Under the pieces are notes generated by a model that ran no database searches, was not told the DNA's origin, and worked only from the letters and a program-made list of their open reading frames with translations. Below, in pieces: positions 61,942-64,000 of a DNA stretch of 64,000 bases (the first letter of the stretch is position 1; every line of letters starts with the position of its first letter). A program made the position numbers and the translations under genes. The stretch is from NCBI GenBank assembly GCA_047495785.1, contig JBLDXI010000011.1, forward strand, positions 248,001 to 312,000, written 5' to 3'. The DNA comes from Lepidodermella squamata. Its lineage: Eukaryota > Animalia > Gastrotricha.

Positions 61942-62039
61942 AAATATATTTCTCTATATGGCTTCTAGCTATCCCAAAATGAATGAATCAGTTTTATTTT
62001 TCGTCCTCCGTAGGCATGTGATGTTAATATTAGAGAGTA

Positions 62040-63250
62040 GAAAAAAGGCCTTACCCGTGAGGGTTTAGGGGACGGCTGACGACAGGCGATCGGCTTCAGG
62101 GGCCGACAGATCGGTCGCGAACAACCTGCTTTTGCCCAAAAATTCATAATTTTCGATGCTATTACACACTAATTGCCATTCTTCCCGGTCTCTGGCAGTT
62201 ATTTCCGCTAATTCTAGATCCGCAATTTTGTGAATTTCAGTGCGTCGCATTAACAGGGTCGACTTACGGGGTCTCCCGCGTCTAACTGGCTCGTTTGGGT
62301 TTTTAATATATTTCACATGAATATCGAACAAACCAATTTTAAGAAGACTCCTTTTCAAGCTATCGGTCCAGCGGGTTGGCGGTTTACCGCGAGGCAAGTA
62401 CCAACTCGGGTCGGCCGCTTTCCAATGATATATGGCATTCGTGAGACTTTCAGTGTCATACTCGTCTTGGCGAATAATGTGCCCGAAATATTTCAAACGA
62501 TGCTTTTCAATCATTTTACTTAATTCCAAAACGTCACAGATCAATCTAATATCGATGTTAGGTATATAATCTGTTCTAAAAAATCCCATAATGGTTCTGA
62601 GCCAGCGCATGAAAGTGACATTTAACCTTTGTTCCTGCTTAGTAGTTGGGTTCCAGGTTTCACAGGCGTAGGTGACGGTAGGAATTACCACACATTTTAA
62701 AACTTTCAATTTTGTGGCTAGGCTTATATGTTTTCTGTTACACATCAGCTTGTTAAGAGCACCAAAACAGCTGCCAGCTTTCGCGAGCTTTGATTTCCTC
62801 GTCCATTTTACCGTCTGATGTGATTATACTACCTAAATATTTAAAAGATGTAACTTTCTCCAATAATTTTCCATCTAGTTCCAGTTGATAATTGTTATCC
62901 TCACCGATCACCATATACTGGGTTTTGCTAACACTAATTTTCAGACCAAGCTCCTGGCAGGCCTTGTTGAAGACATCAAGTAGTAATTTAATTTCCTCGT
63001 GGCTCATACCAATTAAAGTGCCGTCATCTGCAAATGCTATCAGATTCAAAAGCTGCTTACCAGTGATGGGGAAGCCACCCGGGGTGTCCCTCAATTTTTG
63101 ACAAATTTTATCGAACGTCGCGATAAAGAGTAGCGGGGACAGGGGGCAGCCCTGTCTTAAGCCCCTCCTTACCCAGGGCCCTCCTTACCACGAAAAAGTC
63201 CGAGAGCTTATTGTTAATCCTAACCGCTACCTTGTTCGCTCTAGCTATCC
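62040..63250 (-). mobile_element. 5'-truncated, frameshifted RTE-like LINE
   Basis: RRGLRQGCPLSPLLF, AFADD, FKYLGSII, VIPTVTYACETW, RLKYFGHIIR, PRGKPPTRWTD. Confidence 0.92.
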
Positions 63251-63324
63251 CGTGTCAACTTATTTATTTATTTATTTAACGGGTGCTTCGAATGGGTGTC
63301 ATACGCGTTACAAAAGTAGGTCGT

Positions 63325-64000
63325 GTGACATTTCCGTCCCGGCAATTCCGCTGGTGAACTTTGCGTCCCGACTTTTCCGCCCAAGACATTACAGCCAGCG
63401 ACTATTCCGCCCACGACGTTTCAGCCAATAATTAAAAATAATTTGTCGAATTTCTTGATAAACACCTAGGGGCGTTGATGACGCGAAGAAAATAATTTTA
63501 ATCTGAGAATAAGATGCGACTTTTCAGCTCACGACCCTAAAGCCCGCGGCCTAACCTTGCTAACTGCCACATCTCCTTCTCTGCTCGACTATGCTTAATT
63601 AATCAATTCGAGATTATAGCAATTCCATTCGCAATTCGCAATTCGGTTGTACTACTCTTGTTATTAGCGAGCAATGAGATCGAACTTCGATCTCTATGTT
63701 AGCAAAAGTCCTCTTGCTATTAAATTACCAATAGAACTTATGGCATAAATTTGTTCCTTTGCCCTAAGCGCCTATGTCGCATGTCGCATTTCTCAAGTTG
63801 CACCTAATAAATAGATTAATTAATTTATACCTGGGGCTCTTGTGTCGTTGGCGTTATTCTCGCGAGCTCACATGTCGTGGGCGTATGAGTCGCTAGCTCA
63901 AATGTCGTGCTTATTGGCTCAATAGTCGCGCGCGTAATTGTCGTTGACAAATTTGGGCTGAAATGTTTTTGGGCGGAATAGTCGGGACGCAAAGTTTAGG
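63325..64000. mobile_element. Foldback-type element with periodic ~15-bp repeats in inverted arms (right end cut by the window edge)
   Basis: aactttgcgtcccgacttttccgccca at ~63357 versus tgggcggaatagtcgggacgcaaagtt at ~63970-63996. Confidence 0.75.

Overview
Eukaryotic (animal) genomic DNA with short GT-AG introns and many transposon relics; the taxon cannot be identified from sequence alone. Splicing the ORF fragments by hand gives a dense cluster of paralogous, apparently lineage-specific genes. The main system is six genes (L1-L6, 12.5-42 kb) encoding an unusual pentameric ligand-gated ion channel (Cys-loop receptor) architecture: signal peptide, a ~230-250-aa beta-rich N-terminal domain resembling an L-type (legume/ERGIC-53-like) lectin fold, an optional Ser/Thr mucin stalk, then a nicotinic-type Cys-loop ectodomain and four TM helices. 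These subunits lack the acetylcholine-binding residues, carry an N-glycosylation sequon at the tip of loop C and have an invariant acidic residue high in pore helix M2. Interleaved with them are three 8-TM PY-motif proteins, five small TPR-like proteins with KDEL-like ER-retention tails, four Cys-rich secreted proteins, two double-PAN/apple secreted proteins, one small secreted prepropeptide missing from the ORF track, and a seventh divergent Cys-loop subunit without the extra domain. L1 has a Mutator-like element with an 8-bp target duplication inside a coding exon. All complete gene models were assembled manually and splice in frame. Fold and function assignments are inference.
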